Positions 27,649-41,730 of a stretch of 64,000 bases of DNA are shown in pieces. How positions within the stretch are numbered: position 1 is the first letter of the stretch; every line of letters begins with the position of its first letter. The stretch is from Octopus bimaculoides. Its lineage: Eukaryota. The translations under genes were made by a program, and so were the position numbers. The DNA lies in the NCBI RefSeq assembly GCF_001194135.2, contig NC_068989.1:4232283-4296282 (forward strand), written 5' to 3'. Under the pieces are notes generated by a model. The model had not been told where the DNA came from, ran no database searches, and saw only the letters and a program-made list of their open reading frames with translations.

Positions 27649-28298
27649 GTGCGGTACCTATGTATACATATACACATATGTACACATGCGCACACGCACA
27701 CACACGTATGTATGCGTGTGTGTATTAACCTGCCGATTATGTGTGTATATGTATGTATTTGCCTCTTAGCTTCGCACTAAATTTGTGCTTCCTTCTCATA
27801 TTCAACAAACGCATGCAGGGTAACAACGCAGGAGATCAGGTATATACTCATGCACTTGGGTACACCGGCACACTGGCGCACACGAAGAAAAATGCAATTC
27901 TCTATACTCAAGCGCAATCAAAACACGCACGCATTACAATAAATGCAAGAGGATTTCTAAAAGATATCCAAAGGATAATTAATATACATGGTTTCCGTTA
28001 AATTGAATTTAACAAAGTAAATAACAAAAAAAAACGTGTGTTTTGACATTTCTATTCGCACGAATAACATTCAATTATGAAGATGAAAAAGAGAAGAACC
28101 ATTGGCTTATAATTAAAGTCAAATCAGAGAAAAATTTAGAAAGAAAATAATAATTTGGGGAGGCTGGTTCAACAGAAACAGGAACATGAACAAAACTCAG
28201 CATAATTGTGTATTGATGCTTCTGGCACGTTGTTATATGAATAGATGCACCCTGGTGGCAAAATTGAACAATTTATTATTATTATTTATTAGGAGTAA

Positions 28299-28384
28299 AG
28301 GCGGCAAGCTAGCAGAATAGTTAGCAGCTCGGCCATAATGTTTAACGACATTTTTAAGAATTTGTTTTTGTTTCTGAGTTCAGA
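28299..28384 (+). mobile_element. Family A SINE head only
   Basis: ggcggcaagctagcagaatagttagca...ttctgagttca. Confidence 0.65.
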
Positions 28385-28590
28385 AAGCACCAGATGAACA
28401 CCCGGGTTGCTGCAATTTTTTTTCCTCCATCTTCCTTTTCTATTGGACTTTTCTCTGTTTCTGAAGAAGAGTTTTGCTCGAACCGTAGAACCACCTTTCT
28501 TTCCTTCGTAGATCGTCTGCTGATGCTTTATATGTTCCACGTCCTCGCGTTGTTTTCTTTTTTTCGCTTGTTCGTTTTTGAGGGATTTAC
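28385..28590 (+). mobile_element. Probable Penelope-like terminal fragment of a second family
   Basis: Pyrimidine-rich segment carrying the 28457 hammerhead and ending in an (AT)n tract, the same layout as 14805-15070. Confidence 0.4.
28457..28491 (+). ncRNA. Second minimal hammerhead motif, one core substitution
   Basis: Stem I GTTT/GAAC; CTGAAGA+A; stem II GAGT-TTT-GCTC; GAACC in place of GAAAC; GTA triplet. Same architecture as the 14918 motif with a different sequence. Confidence 0.55.
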
Positions 28591-28746
28591 TATATATATA
28601 TATGTGTGTGTGTGTGTGTAGATCGATAGATACACACGCACATACATATGTGTATATGTATATATATNNNNNNNNNNNNNNNNNNNNNNNNNNNNNNNNN
28701 NNNNNNNNNNNNNNNNNNNNNNNNNNNNATATAATTTAATGTATAC

Positions 28747-28790
<44 letters not shown>

Positions 28791-29416
28791 GCGTGTGATG
28801 ATTATGCGAGAAGATAGGCTTCATATCAGCGTTAGGAAATTACTTAATATAGCAACATATTATGGCTTCCTTGACAATTTATATGAATTTAAAATGCATT
28901 ATTATAACTGTATTACGTCTATTGTGTAACAAATTGTCTTTATTTCATTTCCTTTTGAAATATATTAGATTGTCGTCTGCTTCACTCAATTACACGTCAT
29001 GCAGCCATCTATTTTCTATTAACAGTTCGTTACGTTTGAAGTACATTAGCATACATGCATCATACACACCTATAATTTCGCAGCTGTATATGATTCAAAT
29101 CGCTGCACATCTGATTAACTAACAGATTTTTCGTAAATCCTTAATCTTCGTGAATATATATAACTTCCTTAATGGAGCGTTCTTTGGGTGACTTTTATTT
29201 ATTTTTTTTTTGCTTCTAAAATTGATATCGTTATTGCTGATAAAGTTTCTGTTCTTTTTTTATGTAACGATATATGACCAATAAAAGTCATTCTGTCAGG
29301 TTTCTAACGAGCCAATCACTAGTTGAGTGCATTTATGACGGCGACAGTGACAAAAGAGTTATTAACTAGATGTTAGTTGCATGAACAAATATCGCAAGAA
29401 AATTATTACGAACAGA

Positions 29417-29489
<73 letters not shown>

Positions 29490-29912
29490 TGTTCGTGTAT
29501 ACACACACATATATATACATATATATCTGTGTATAAATATATATATATGTTTGTGTGTGTGTGTATTGGGTCATCCCATAAATAATGCGGGTTTTTTATA
29601 CTTCTTTTATTTTTCAAAATTAAGATAAACAAATTTTATTTGGAAGGAGCGTGTGTAGAGTGTGATCGTCGCATTGACCATGACAGAAAAAGTTAAGCAG
29701 AAAATCTCCCTCGAATTTTCTAAAAAGCTTGGTGATACCTGTATGAGGTCATCATTTAAAGATGTATGAAACATGTATGAAATAGTATCCATCTGTGTCT
29801 AAACCGCGCAAATGTGAGAAATAATGAATGGTATTATTGTGATTAATGTTGTCATTTATTAATTTTCCAAAGTTTTCATTATTTAATTTAAAATTTTTAT
29901 TTTCTTTTTCAG

Positions 29913-30227
29913 TGTGTAATATGTCTGGGCGCAAAAGCAACGATGCAAACTTTCCCCTGCGGACATCGAGTTGTATGCCGGAAGTGCTTCATAAAAACCA
30001 TCCAGGTGGCTGTGTCGCAACGATGCTTGCCCCTAAGGTGTGTCATTTGTCGAACGCGCATACTGAAATTGAGACAGAACCCCAAACCCCATTCAGACAA
30101 GCGAGAAGCGAGTGGTGGGAGCAAACATGAGAAAAGTGATGGCAAGTCAACATCACATAAAGACAGGAAGAGCGGGAAATCTGCGCTGGAAAAGTCAGTT
30201 AAATCTGAAGGAAAATCGAAGTATTGA
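29913..30227 (+). CDS. Terminal exon encoding a C3HC4 RING finger (zf-C3HC4_3-like, putative E3 ubiquitin ligase) plus a Ser/Lys-rich tail
   Basis: Strong acceptor (ttttattttctttttcag|TGT). Translation CVICLGAKATMQTFPCGHRVVCRKCFIKTIQVAVSQRCLPLRCVICRTRI... has C-x2-C-x11-C-x-H-x3-C-x2-C-x17-C-x2-C spacing. Stop TGA at 30225-30227. The track ORF starts at an internal Met (29943) and misses the first two Cys. Confidence 0.87.
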   Translation, partial: CVICLGAKATMQTFPCGHRVVCRKCFIKTIQVAVSQRCLPLRCVICRTRILKLRQNPKPHSDKREASGGSKHEKSDGKSTSHKDRKSGKSALEKSVKSEGKSKY

Positions 30228-30459
30228 GATATATAATGATAGAAGGAAAGAAAGAAAGAAAGAAAGCAAGAACGAGTGAAAGAAAGAAAAGAACTTAAGC
30301 AAGGACGAAAGAAACAAAGAAAGAAATATAAGCAAAGCTGCAAATTATTCCAAATGAAATACGAAATATAACACTATAATGAAGAATGAAATACGACAGA
30401 CAAAATAAGGAACGGATTAAGGAAGGAATCAAAGAAAACCAAAGTCAAATGACTGAAAC

Positions 30460-30490
30460 AATAAAGAAATCAAATAAAAGGTTTAATAAA
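30460..30490 (+). promoter_or_regulatory. Possible polyadenylation signals of the RING gene
   Basis: AATAAA at 30460, 30473 and 30485, about 230-260 bp after the stop. Weak, because the region is very A-rich. Confidence 0.25.
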
Positions 30491-31213
30491 TAAATTAATT
30501 AATAAATAATGAATTTAAAACAACAGAAGTTGAATTATGAAAGATATATAATGTAGATAAAACATTTTGAAAGGAAAATGGTGGAAAATTCAGAGGGAAA
30601 GTTACTGATAAATGACAAGTTTTTCCTTTCAAAATTTGAATGAAATTTCACCTAGCATTTTCCAGTGGGAACATACGATTATTATTATTAATGTACTACA
30701 TTTATCAATGACTTTTATTTAGTATTCTTCTTCTTCTTATTATTATTATTATTATTATTATGGATAAGATGTCTTCAAGTTAATCCTGAAGTACAATGCA
30801 AAAAAAAAAAAGGATATAAAGACAGAAAGATGTACAAAAACTATCTCTTCCCACATAGATGTAGGATTTTGTTGACAGCTGTCCGCATTTGAGAGCGCAT
30901 TAGGGTTTATAGCAGGTCCGTGCCTATTTTTGGTTGTGTGTATTTTGAGTACGTATTTGTGTGAGTGAATTCATGATGAAGTTTATTCCGTGCAAGTAGA
31001 AACAAGTTGTATATATGAGTGATATGTAAATATGAGACTTACATAGCAGTACCTTGCTCATTCGTCACAAATCATGTGTGCGTATGCGTACCTTGGTGCG
31101 GAAGGGAGAAGAGGTGTTCTCATGCAAAGAGAAAGCGTGTTTGTGTAAAATGTGTTGTATATACCTGTATATATGTATAGAGAGGTGAGTAATTAATCCA
31201 TTTTCATAAACAT

Positions 31214-31248
<35 letters not shown>

Positions 31249-31562
31249 ATGTATGCATGCATGTATGTATGTATGTATGCATGCATGTATATATGTATGT
31301 ATGTATGTATGTATATATGTATGTAAGTAGAGAATACAATTTGTTTAGTTCTAACTGAATAGGTGCGCTGGTTAAGTGGTCATCCATTAGGTTCAAAGTT
31401 CACAGCTGAGGCTGTGTGTGTGTGCATGTATGTACGTATGTATGTATATATATACGTGTATAGAAATATGTAAACACACACATATATATACATATATATA
31501 TATTTATATATATATATATATATATACACACAAAAAAAAATAGTTACACGTANNNNNNNNNN

Positions 31563-31611
<49 letters not shown>

Positions 31612-31970
31612 AAAAAAAATAGTTACACGTAGACTTAATAGCCAGCGGGATATTCACCAATCGTTCCTAAAAAGAATTATTCTCGTATAGGTTTTAAATG
31701 TGATAACAAGAATTAGTTTCTTCTCTACTCTTCTTAATCCTATTATTACAGATAAACATGTAAATTTATCAGGATATATAAAGACAATTCACTGGTATAT
31801 AACTTTAGAACATGTGTACAACAGTTCCATATAACAAGATTCTTTCGTTGCAAAAAGATATCTCTATGTACGCATGTATACATACATACAAACATATAAC
31901 ATATATATCTATGTATCTAGCTATCTATTTATCTATCTATCTATATATATATATTGTTACACCTATGAAA

Positions 31971-32006
<36 letters not shown>

Positions 32007-34894
32007 NNNNNNNNNNNNNNNNNNNNNNNNNNNNNNNNNNNNNNNNNNNNNNNNNNNNNNNNNNNNNNNNNNNNNNNNNNNNNNNNNNNNNNNNNNNNNN
32101 NNNNNNNNNNNNNNNNNNNNNNNNNNNNNNNNNNNNNNNNNNNNNNNNNNNNNNNNNNNNNNNNNNNNNNNNNNNNNNNNNNNNNNNNNNNNNNNNNNNN
32201 NNNNNNNNNNNNNNNNNNNNNNNNNNNNNNNNNNNNNNNNNNNNNNNNNNNNNNNNNNNNNNNNNNNNNNNNNNNNNNNNNNNNNNNNNNNNNNNNNNNN
32301 NNNNNNNNNNNNNNNNNNNNNNNNNNNNNNNNNNNNNNNNNNNNNNNNNNNNNNNNNNNNNNNNNNNNNNNNNNNNNNNNNNNNNNNNNNNNNNNNNNNN
32401 NNNNNNNNNNNNNNNNNNNNNNNNNNNNNNNNNNNNNNNNNNNNNNNNNNNNNNNNNNNNNNNNNNNNNNNNNNNNNNNNNNNNNNNNNNNNNNNNNNNN
32501 NNNNNNNNNNNNNNNNNNNNNNNNNNNNNNNNNNNNNNNNNNNNNNNNNNNNNNNNNNNNNNNNNNNNNNNNNNNNNNNNNNNNNNNNNNNNNNNNNNNN
32601 NNNNNNNNNNNNNNNNNNNNNNNNNNNNNNNNNNNNNNNNNNNNNNNNNNNNNNNNNNNNNNNNNNNNNNNNNNNNNNNNNNNNNNNNNNNNNNNNNNNN
32701 NNNNNNNNNNNNNNNNNNNNNNNNNNNNNNNNNNNNNNNNNNNNNNNNNNNNNNNNNNNNNNNNNNNNNNNNNNNNNNNNNNNNNNNNNNNNNNNNNNNN
32801 NNNNNNNNNNNNNNNNNNNNNNNNNNNNNNNNNNNNNNNNNNNNNNNNNNNNNNNNNNNNNNNNNNNNNNNNNNNNNNNNNNNNNNNNNNNNNNNNNNNN
32901 NNNNNNNNNNNNNNNNNNNNNNNNNNNNNATATGTATGTATGTATGTATGTATATGTATATGTATGTGTATATGTATATATATTATATTATATTATATTT
33001 GTCACTATGTGTTAAAATTTCTGAGAGTGTAAATACCTTAAAATGGCGACTGTGTATAAAAAAATATAAACTTTTATGTGTGAATAAATTGTGCTTAACT
33101 GAATATATATGTATGTCTGAATGTTTGTTTGTGTGTATGCGTGTGTGTGTTTGTGTGTGTGTGAACATGTCTGAATGTGGGTGTTTGTGTGTGTTTGTGC
33201 GTGTGTATATAATACATACATGATATATATAATATATGAACATATATATATATAGATGTTCGCGTGTACGGATGTATATACAAATTGTGTCCTTATGTAC
33301 GTGTGTATGCATGTATAAATGTATACTGTGTCATTTTACATAGCGTATACTCTACAGTGATAATAAATAAGTTAATTAAAGCAAGCTATTCAAATCATAT
33401 TATTCCACCCACTACGAATCATCAATAGGTGTGTAGATTCTTGGAGTTGACGTTTTAATAAGGAACGGAATAAAATCAGATATCGGAAAACTTATTAATA
33501 GATTTAACGTGGAATGAATGACAGAAATAATAAATATCGGAATATGAGATCTCACTAACAATTGAATGTGTGAATGTCTGAACATCTGAATAAATGTACT
33601 CAATGGAAGCACACATGTACACTCACAAATACACACATACACACAAACATAATATATGTATGTATGTATGTATGTATATGCGTGAGTGTATGTAAGGCGA
33701 TGGGTGTTCTTCTACCTGTATAGAATAATTGTATTATATGATATATATTTGCGTGTATGGGTTGGGAAATGAATGTAATAAAACGACTATATTAAAAATC
33801 GAAGAATGGTTGCAAAAACAACGTAGCAAAATTGAATCTTACTTGATCTAAACTTTAATCACCAAAGATATCTATTGTAATATATGTGTATGTATACATA
33901 TANNNNNNNNNNNNNNNNNNNNNNNNNNNNNNNNNNNNNNNNNNNNNNNNNNNNNNNNNNNNNNNNNNNNNNNNNNNNNNNNNNNNNNNNNNNNNNNNNN
34001 NNNNNNNNNNNNNNNNNNNNNNNNNNNNNNNNNNNNNNNNNNNNNNNNNNNNNNNNNNNNNNNNNNNNNNNNNNNNNNNNNNNNNNNNNNNNNNNNNNNN
34101 NNNNNNNNNNNNNNNNNNNNNNNNNNNNNNNNNNNNNNNNNNNNNNNNNNNNNNNNNNNNNNNNNNNNATATATATATATATATATATATATACATGTGT
34201 ATCACGTAAATCTACAAATTACATTTCGATGGCACTTTTTCTTAAACTTTGCTTCATTCTTATCTAACCAAAATATTAACCATGTAACATATATACGTGT
34301 GTGTGTGTGTATGTATGTGTGTGTGTGTATGCATGTGAGTGTATGTATGTATCTATACATGTATATATATATATACTTTACCTATGTAACTGATGAAAGA
34401 TTGGGAATGTCATTATTTAAATATTCAAATATTTAGTATTTTGGAAAGTAAAATTAAGAATATTATTACCAATTTTTAATTCAAATTCATAAGATCCACA
34501 ACGATTTTAATCACTCTATACGGTTTATGATAGTTTCAATGACGCCCTAAAATTGAAATAAAAAATATGTATGTATACATATATACATATGTTTATATAC
34601 ATCACATTTACATCCACATAAGTATAGAAATACGTATTCTAGCATATTCGAGAAGGTAGTTGAAGGTGATAGAGTTTATACTGTATATAACTGATGACGT
34701 CACATTTTTAGTATACAAATTTTCACATAAATTCTCACGTATTTAACTTCAGAATACTCTTCTAATATACTGGAATCGAATTGCTCTTATACACAATTTA
34801 GGTCGTGCAAGTAGCCTACAGACAAATTCTTCTACCTCAAAATAATTTCATGCAATTAAAGGCTCACATGTATGTATATATTCATACATACATA

Positions 34895-34942
<48 letters not shown>

Positions 34943-35519
34943 TATATGTATATATATGTATACATGTTGGTGTGTGTATGTGTGCGTGTGCGTGTACGCG
35001 CGTATGTATGTGCACATGTATGTATACATGCATATATATATATATATATATCTGTGTGTGTATACATAATATATTAACGCTACTGAGTTCTCTAATTATT
35101 ATATCTAGTGTAGTACATGCATCTGGTGACAAAAGCCACATTATTGCCTTGCTATTAAATTATGATTTATATTCCATGTATTTCATTCATATCCAATGAA
35201 ATATTTAGTTAACTCCAGATACACATTTGGAATATCACCGGGCGTCGTAGCCAGTACTTGTTTTTCCAAATTGAAGCGTTAAAAAACTTACCTAGAAACC
35301 TAGAAAGTTTATTGTTCTTGCAAAAATCGTGCAAGGGTGTCTTAGAACTGCTCATTAAAAAGCAGTTTCTCTCTGGCAAAGAGTAATTAATAAGTAGTTA
35401 ATTGAAAATAATGCAGACGTATGCAGTCCAAGCAATCGGAGATATGAATTCTACGTTGAAGCCAGGTTTCTTTGCATAACATTTATCGTATACTTGTTCC
35501 CGTTATTGGATTACGTCAT

Positions 35520-35873
35520 GCCGTTATAAACCCTTGGATGGTTTAGTCGAACAAATTGACACCACTAATTATGTTTTTTTTTAATTGCTAGTAATTTAAT
35601 CTATGTGTTTTGCTAAAGCACTAAGTTATGGGCTGTAAACAAACTAATATCGTTTGTCCCACAGAAGTGGGGAACAACACAAATACAAAGTCACATACAC
35701 ATACATAAGTATGTATGTGCATGTATATATATATAGGACGGGCTTCCTCACAGTTTCCGTCGACCAAGGCATTGGGCAGCCCCCGGGCTGTAGTAAATTT
35801 CAATTGCCTAGCGTGCCGCGCAATGGGATTGAACCCGAAACTACATGGTTGCAAAGCAATCTTCACCACTGAG
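35520..35873 (-). mobile_element. Family B SINE (tRNA-like head, internal microsatellite), degenerate
   Basis: gacgggcttcctcacagtttccgtc...gggattgaacccgaaactacatggttgc; tail tttagtcgaacaaattgac. Homologous to 63799-63963 and 57590-57775. Confidence 0.7.
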
Positions 35874-36828
35874 TTTGCTTGCGCTTACACTTGACAACTT
35901 GCTCTAGAAAACACTTGAATGTGGAATGCAATTTTATCATTCTCAAAATTATCAAGTAAGTCTCAAAATTATCAAGTTAATAGCATAAAAGTAATAACTG
36001 TGGCAGACGTAAGAGAAAATCAGCCAGAAGCCTAGTGACAGAAGATTACTACTTACGAGCGATAGTCAGTTGAATATATTTTAATTATAATGTTAATTAA
36101 TACACCTGAGAAAAACATAGGTCAAATGTTACGTCTTTCTCTTTCTTGTGAATTCGGAAACTGCATACAAAGCTAAATTCATTGATAAAGAAGACTAGAG
36201 TTTTAAATCCTAATTAGCACATGATGCGTGCCCCTGGTAGCTAACTATTATAGGGGAGGCAATCACATATAGATAAAGTTAAGGTCAGGCAGATTTGAAA
36301 ATGTGGAATTTATATCAAAGAGTAAAGATGGTGTATAGAGCATGCACAGTTTTCTATTGTACACATTAAAAAATTCTTAAAGTTTCTAGTCATTGCTAGC
36401 CAAGTGTAGCGCTATTTCATCCTTCTTTGAAATCATTAGCATGAAATGACTTGAAACAAATAAAATAAGCTAAATTCGACATTTTACGAAGTTAGACATT
36501 TTTATAGAGAGAACATAGATTATAGTTTAAAAGGTAGAAATTAATTTCAAGGCACAGTACAAAAACAAATTTTTTTTAAGATTGCATCGAGGTATGACTA
36601 CAGTTTTAACATGGTCTTCATATGAATTATATTTAAAAACGGGGATAAAATAAAAATTTCAAATTACAAAGCAACTAATAAGTGACAACACATGAAATTT
36701 AATAAACATTGCTTGCGTCTTTTGTTTCCTTGTAGCAAAAATAACATGTAACTATTTAGGGGCTGAGGAACTAAATAATACCTTCAAATTAATGTCATCA
36801 GTTGCGTAATTATCGAAATTCAGTATAC

Positions 36829-36872
<44 letters not shown>

Positions 36873-38159
36873 GCAAATATTTATATATATATGTGTGTGT
36901 ATACATATATATGTATATATATACATACTCATATATATATATAGTATATATATATGTATGTATATATGTATATAAATATATGTATTTATGTATTTATTTA
37001 TGCATGAATGAATTTATGCATGCATGTATGTATGCATGTATGTATATATGTATGTATATATTTATACATAGATATTTCAATACATTTTAAAGATACAAAT
37101 AGACGAATATATATCTATGTCAGGATATACACGAAAAGTCTGTGAGTGACCAACATAAAATTTTGACTAATATATTTGGACTACTTCTTAAAACAAACAT
37201 TAATATTTATTAAATCAATCATACCAAATGTAAAAAATGCCTTTTTAAGAAATGGGTCACTTTATAATTTTATTCTAATAATCAGCGACTTCTCAATTCG
37301 TGCATTTGGTTAGCTTCAGGGACAATAGTTTAAGAGCTCTGTAAATTGTAGCTATGGGGGTGTCAAGAAGACATACAGTTTTAGAACAAACCAATTTGGC
37401 AGAATCCATCACCGCTTTCCATACCCTACTCATGAAATGAGTTGGTGCCAGTATTTCAATATAACTCGTGGCATTAATGGAAGTTTTACAATAGTACTGA
37501 CGTATTTCATCATCAGAATAAGTAAGGGGAAGAAGTCTAGAAATAGGTGATTGATTTGTCAGTTGTGAAAAGATTTGCCCCGGACACAGGGAAGCCTGGA
37601 CTTGTGATGGAAAACGAACGATAGCCATTTTGTGTGCTTGTACAGTACCCTATCGATTCTGCCAGACACAACTCTCTCTGTTCAAACCTTATATGTGATT
37701 ATCTACTCGCGTGTGCATGTGTGTATGTGTGTGTGTGCGCTTTGCGTGTGTGTGTGCGTGGGTGTATGTGTGCATGTGTGTGTGTGCGTGTGTTTTTGTG
37801 TGCGTGTGTGTATGTGAGTGCGTGTGTGTGTGTGTGTGCGTGTTTTTAAATCAATGTATTTTTTCTCAAATATAAAAAAAATAATTTTTAACAAATAAAT
37901 ACACACAAATACACACACACACACACATATATATATAATATATATGTATGTATATATGTGTATATTCATGTATGTATATATATATATATATATATATTTG
38001 TATGTATATCTATATGCGTGTATGTATGCATGTGTGTATGTATGTATGTATATATGGTGTGCGTTCATACTGTGTAGACGGTTGAAGGACACTTTTTCTG
38101 AAACGTATAAGATACTACAAATTTATCTTCGGTATATATGTGTGGATGTGTGTGTGTAT

Positions 38160-38193
<34 letters not shown>

Positions 38194-39086
38194 NNNNNNN
38201 NNNNNNNNNNNNNNNNNNNNNNNNNNNNNNNNNNNNNNNNNNNNNNNNNNNNNNNNNNNNNNNNNNNNNNNNNNNNNNNNNNNNNNNNNNNNNNNNNNNN
38301 NNNNNNNNNNNNNNNNNNNNNNNNNNNNNNNNNNNNNNNNNNNNNNNNNNNNNNNNNNNNNNNNNNNNNNNNNNNNNNNNNNNNNNNNNNNNNNNNNNNN
38401 NNNNNNNNNNNNNNNNNNNNNNNNNNNNNNNNNNNNNNNNNNNNNNNNNNNNNNNNNNNNNNNNNNNNNNNNNNNNNNNNNNNNNNNNNNNNNNNNNNNN
38501 NNNNNNNNNNNNNNNNNNNNNNNNNNNNNNNNNNNNNNNNNNNNNNNNNNNNNNNNNNNNNNNNNNNNNNNNNNNNNNNNNNNNNNNNNNNNNNNNNNNN
38601 NNNNNNNNNNNNNNNNNNNNNNNNNNNNNNNNNNNNNNNNNNNNNNNNNNNNNNNNNNNNNNNNNNNNNNNNNNNNNNNNNNNNNNNNNNNNNNNNNNNN
38701 NNNNNNNNNNNNNNNNNNNNNNNNNNNNNNNNNNNNNNNNNNNNNNNNNNNNNNNNNNNNNNNNNNNNNNNNNNNNNNNNNNNNNNNNNNNNNNNNNNNN
38801 NNNNNNNNNNNNNNNNNNNNNNNNNNNNNNNNNNNNNNNNNNNNNNNNNNNNNNNNNNNNNNNNNNNNNNNNNNNNNNNNNNNNNNNNNNNNNNNNNNNN
38901 NNNNNNNNNNNNNNNNNNNNNNNNNNNNNNNNNNNNNNNNNNNNNNNNNNNNNNNNNNNNNNNNNNNNNNNNNNNNNNNNNNNNNNNNNNNNNNNNNNNN
39001 NNNNNNNNNNNNNNNNNNNNNNNNNNNNNNNNNNNNNNNNNNNNNNNNNNNNNNNNNNNNNNNNNNNNNNNNNNNNNNNNNATATA

Positions 39087-39118
<32 letters not shown>

Positions 39119-41627
39119 GGGTGAGAGAGTCAGAGAGACAGAATAGACAGACAGACTGAGACAGAGAGATATGTATTTTAATGCATAAGTGTCCTGGGGT
39201 CGCTTGCTAATTTTGCAATGCAGGTATGAACGGAAATGTGAAATATTTAAAGTATAAAGAAATATGAAAACAAAAATATTGAACAAATGGTGATAAACAA
39301 ACGTAGAATCAAGACATTTTCTGAAAAAAAAGGGAAAAAAAACGAAAACCCAGAAAAAATAATCACAAATATCTTATATAGTTCTTAGATTGAAGAGTGG
39401 TATAAATCTCCGTCGTTCTTACTGCATGTATGTAGTGAATCTGTAGAAAGATTCCTGAAAATCGTAGTTCTTGAAGTAGGATGGAATTCTGTTTAGCGAA
39501 TAAACATTAGTCCAGCATAGACAGTACATCTTTGAACATTTTCTTGCATGAAATAATTCTATAGGTGTTTTCTATATTAACAAAACAAAAAAAAAATGAT
39601 AAAGAAAAATATTGTCAGGAGTTCTTCCGTTTTTCCTTTGTTTTTTTTTTTGTTTTTTTTTCGTTTTCATATCCTGTTTTAGTTTTTCATCTCCAGTTCC
39701 TATGGTTGATACTCTCATACAGGTTGACAGATATAATCTGTTTCCCGTTTTAAAACCATCATTTGGCCCACTAGGCTACTTTTAAGTGCATACATTCCGT
39801 TTCAAGTATTCGGATCAGGTCCTGGGTCTTCTTCTTTAGTCTCAAAGGTCCTGGAAAATGTCATAGGTGTTGCCCTTCCTCCTGTGACTAACACGTTAGA
39901 AAGCCAAAAGAATTCCAGCCCTCCGAAAGTGAGAGTTTAAACTGAGAGGACATATTTGATTAAACGTGTTGAAACGTTAAAACAATTTTTGAAGTATAAG
40001 AGATCGGGGCAACTTGATGGATTGACTGATTACGTGTGGAGAAATGAAAGAATTGACATTGCAAAAATTGATGCAGCTGTGAATGGATTTGTAGATGAGT
40101 GAATATTGATTTCTCGGTGTGGATTGATAGATTGCGAGAGGAATAAAGTGGAACATGACTCGACAGATAAACGGATTGATTAATGGGTGCATTGAAGGAT
40201 GTATGGATATAACCATCTGTGAATGAATAGATGGATGGAGTAATAATTTCTTAGTAGAACGAATGTAACAAAGAGGGACGAATGTATTGATTAGCATGAA
40301 AGGACTGATGTATCAATGGATGGAAAAAGTGTTGTATGAATATGTCATATTTTGTTTTAAAATCAAAAGAGAAATGAACACTACAAATTTACGAAAGACG
40401 TTAAACGGGAAATCTGAAGAAATACAACAGGAAGTTTATGTGATTACTAAAAGTTGATGCAACGAGTATTGTTGAAAAAAAACCCCAGCTGCTGGAGAAT
40501 CAAAGCCGCAAATCTGGGTTCCATTCCTTACTGAATCTCCTTTATTTCACGCTACACTGCTAATGCCCTGGAAATATGGCCGGATGTCATGACTTTCAGA
40601 TTTTCCTTCTCTTCAAATATTTAGTATTTGTGAAAAGTCAAAATTGATTTTAAAATGTACATTAAAAATGATGGGGCAAGCGGGGTTGAGAAAGAGATAT
40701 AATACAGAAGACTAGAATGTCCAGTCTGGGTTTAGATTCTTGTTTGACGCCTATTAATTTCACTTTAAAAAGCTGAAGGTCCGTGGATGAAGAACGCGAT
40801 CGTCACACAACGTCAATAAATGCCTCTTCTATAAAGTTTGAGTGTAATGCCTATACAAATAGCGAACGGTACAAAGTGATTCCAAATCGATGAATTGGCA
40901 TCATCTTCTGAGGCTTACGATTACAAATGTTGATGTTTCTCGAATTTGAATTCCAACTTGGTTGAAAGCAAAACGACTTTCATCCCTAAGAGATTCTTTT
41001 ATAAAATCAAACGAAAAGGATAAACACCGGTAAAAAAAAAAAACTGTGATTGTTTCAGCAAAGTATACGACTCCCTACACAGAGCTGGCCTAATAAAGGG
41101 AAGATATCTGCACTCAAATTTGAAGCAGCGATATGTATACATACATACACATATATATGTATGTATATATACATATATANNNNNNNNNNNNNNNNNNNNN
41201 NNNNNNNNNNNNNNNNNNNNNNNNNNNNNNNNNNNNNNNNNNNTATATATATATATATATTTACATACATGTAAAAGTTAAAATGTTATGTTAGACGAAT
41301 GAGAAAAACCATCCAAAATTTCAAAGCATCAGACCAGTAAAATTACTGGTGTTGTTTCGGTTAAAATTACACCACCTTTTAAAAACTGGACAGGTCGCAT
41401 ATTCAAAATGAAAATCAATATGTTTAGAAATGCAAATAATGTATAAAAACAAAGAAGAAAACCGAAAAAGACCGTTAAGGATAAAACACAATATTCCTGA
41501 AAAATAATACCGAAATTGTATCAAAGCTCAGAAAAGAAAGATATCAGATTTCTAACTGTAAATGGCGAAGTTTTGTTTCTTTTCCATAATTATTTGTATT
41601 ATACTTTTGTTTTCTTTTTGTTCATAT

Positions 41628-41730
<103 letters not shown>

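Noticed and set aside
31522-31631. Duplicated atacacacaaaaaaaaa..tagttacacgta
   Set aside because: Flanks a 10-N gap; likely an assembly overlap artefact.
37490-37520. Minus-strand CTGATGA-T-GAAA-TAC-GTC hammerhead-like words
   Set aside because: Stem II is absent and stem I is marginal; consistent with chance.
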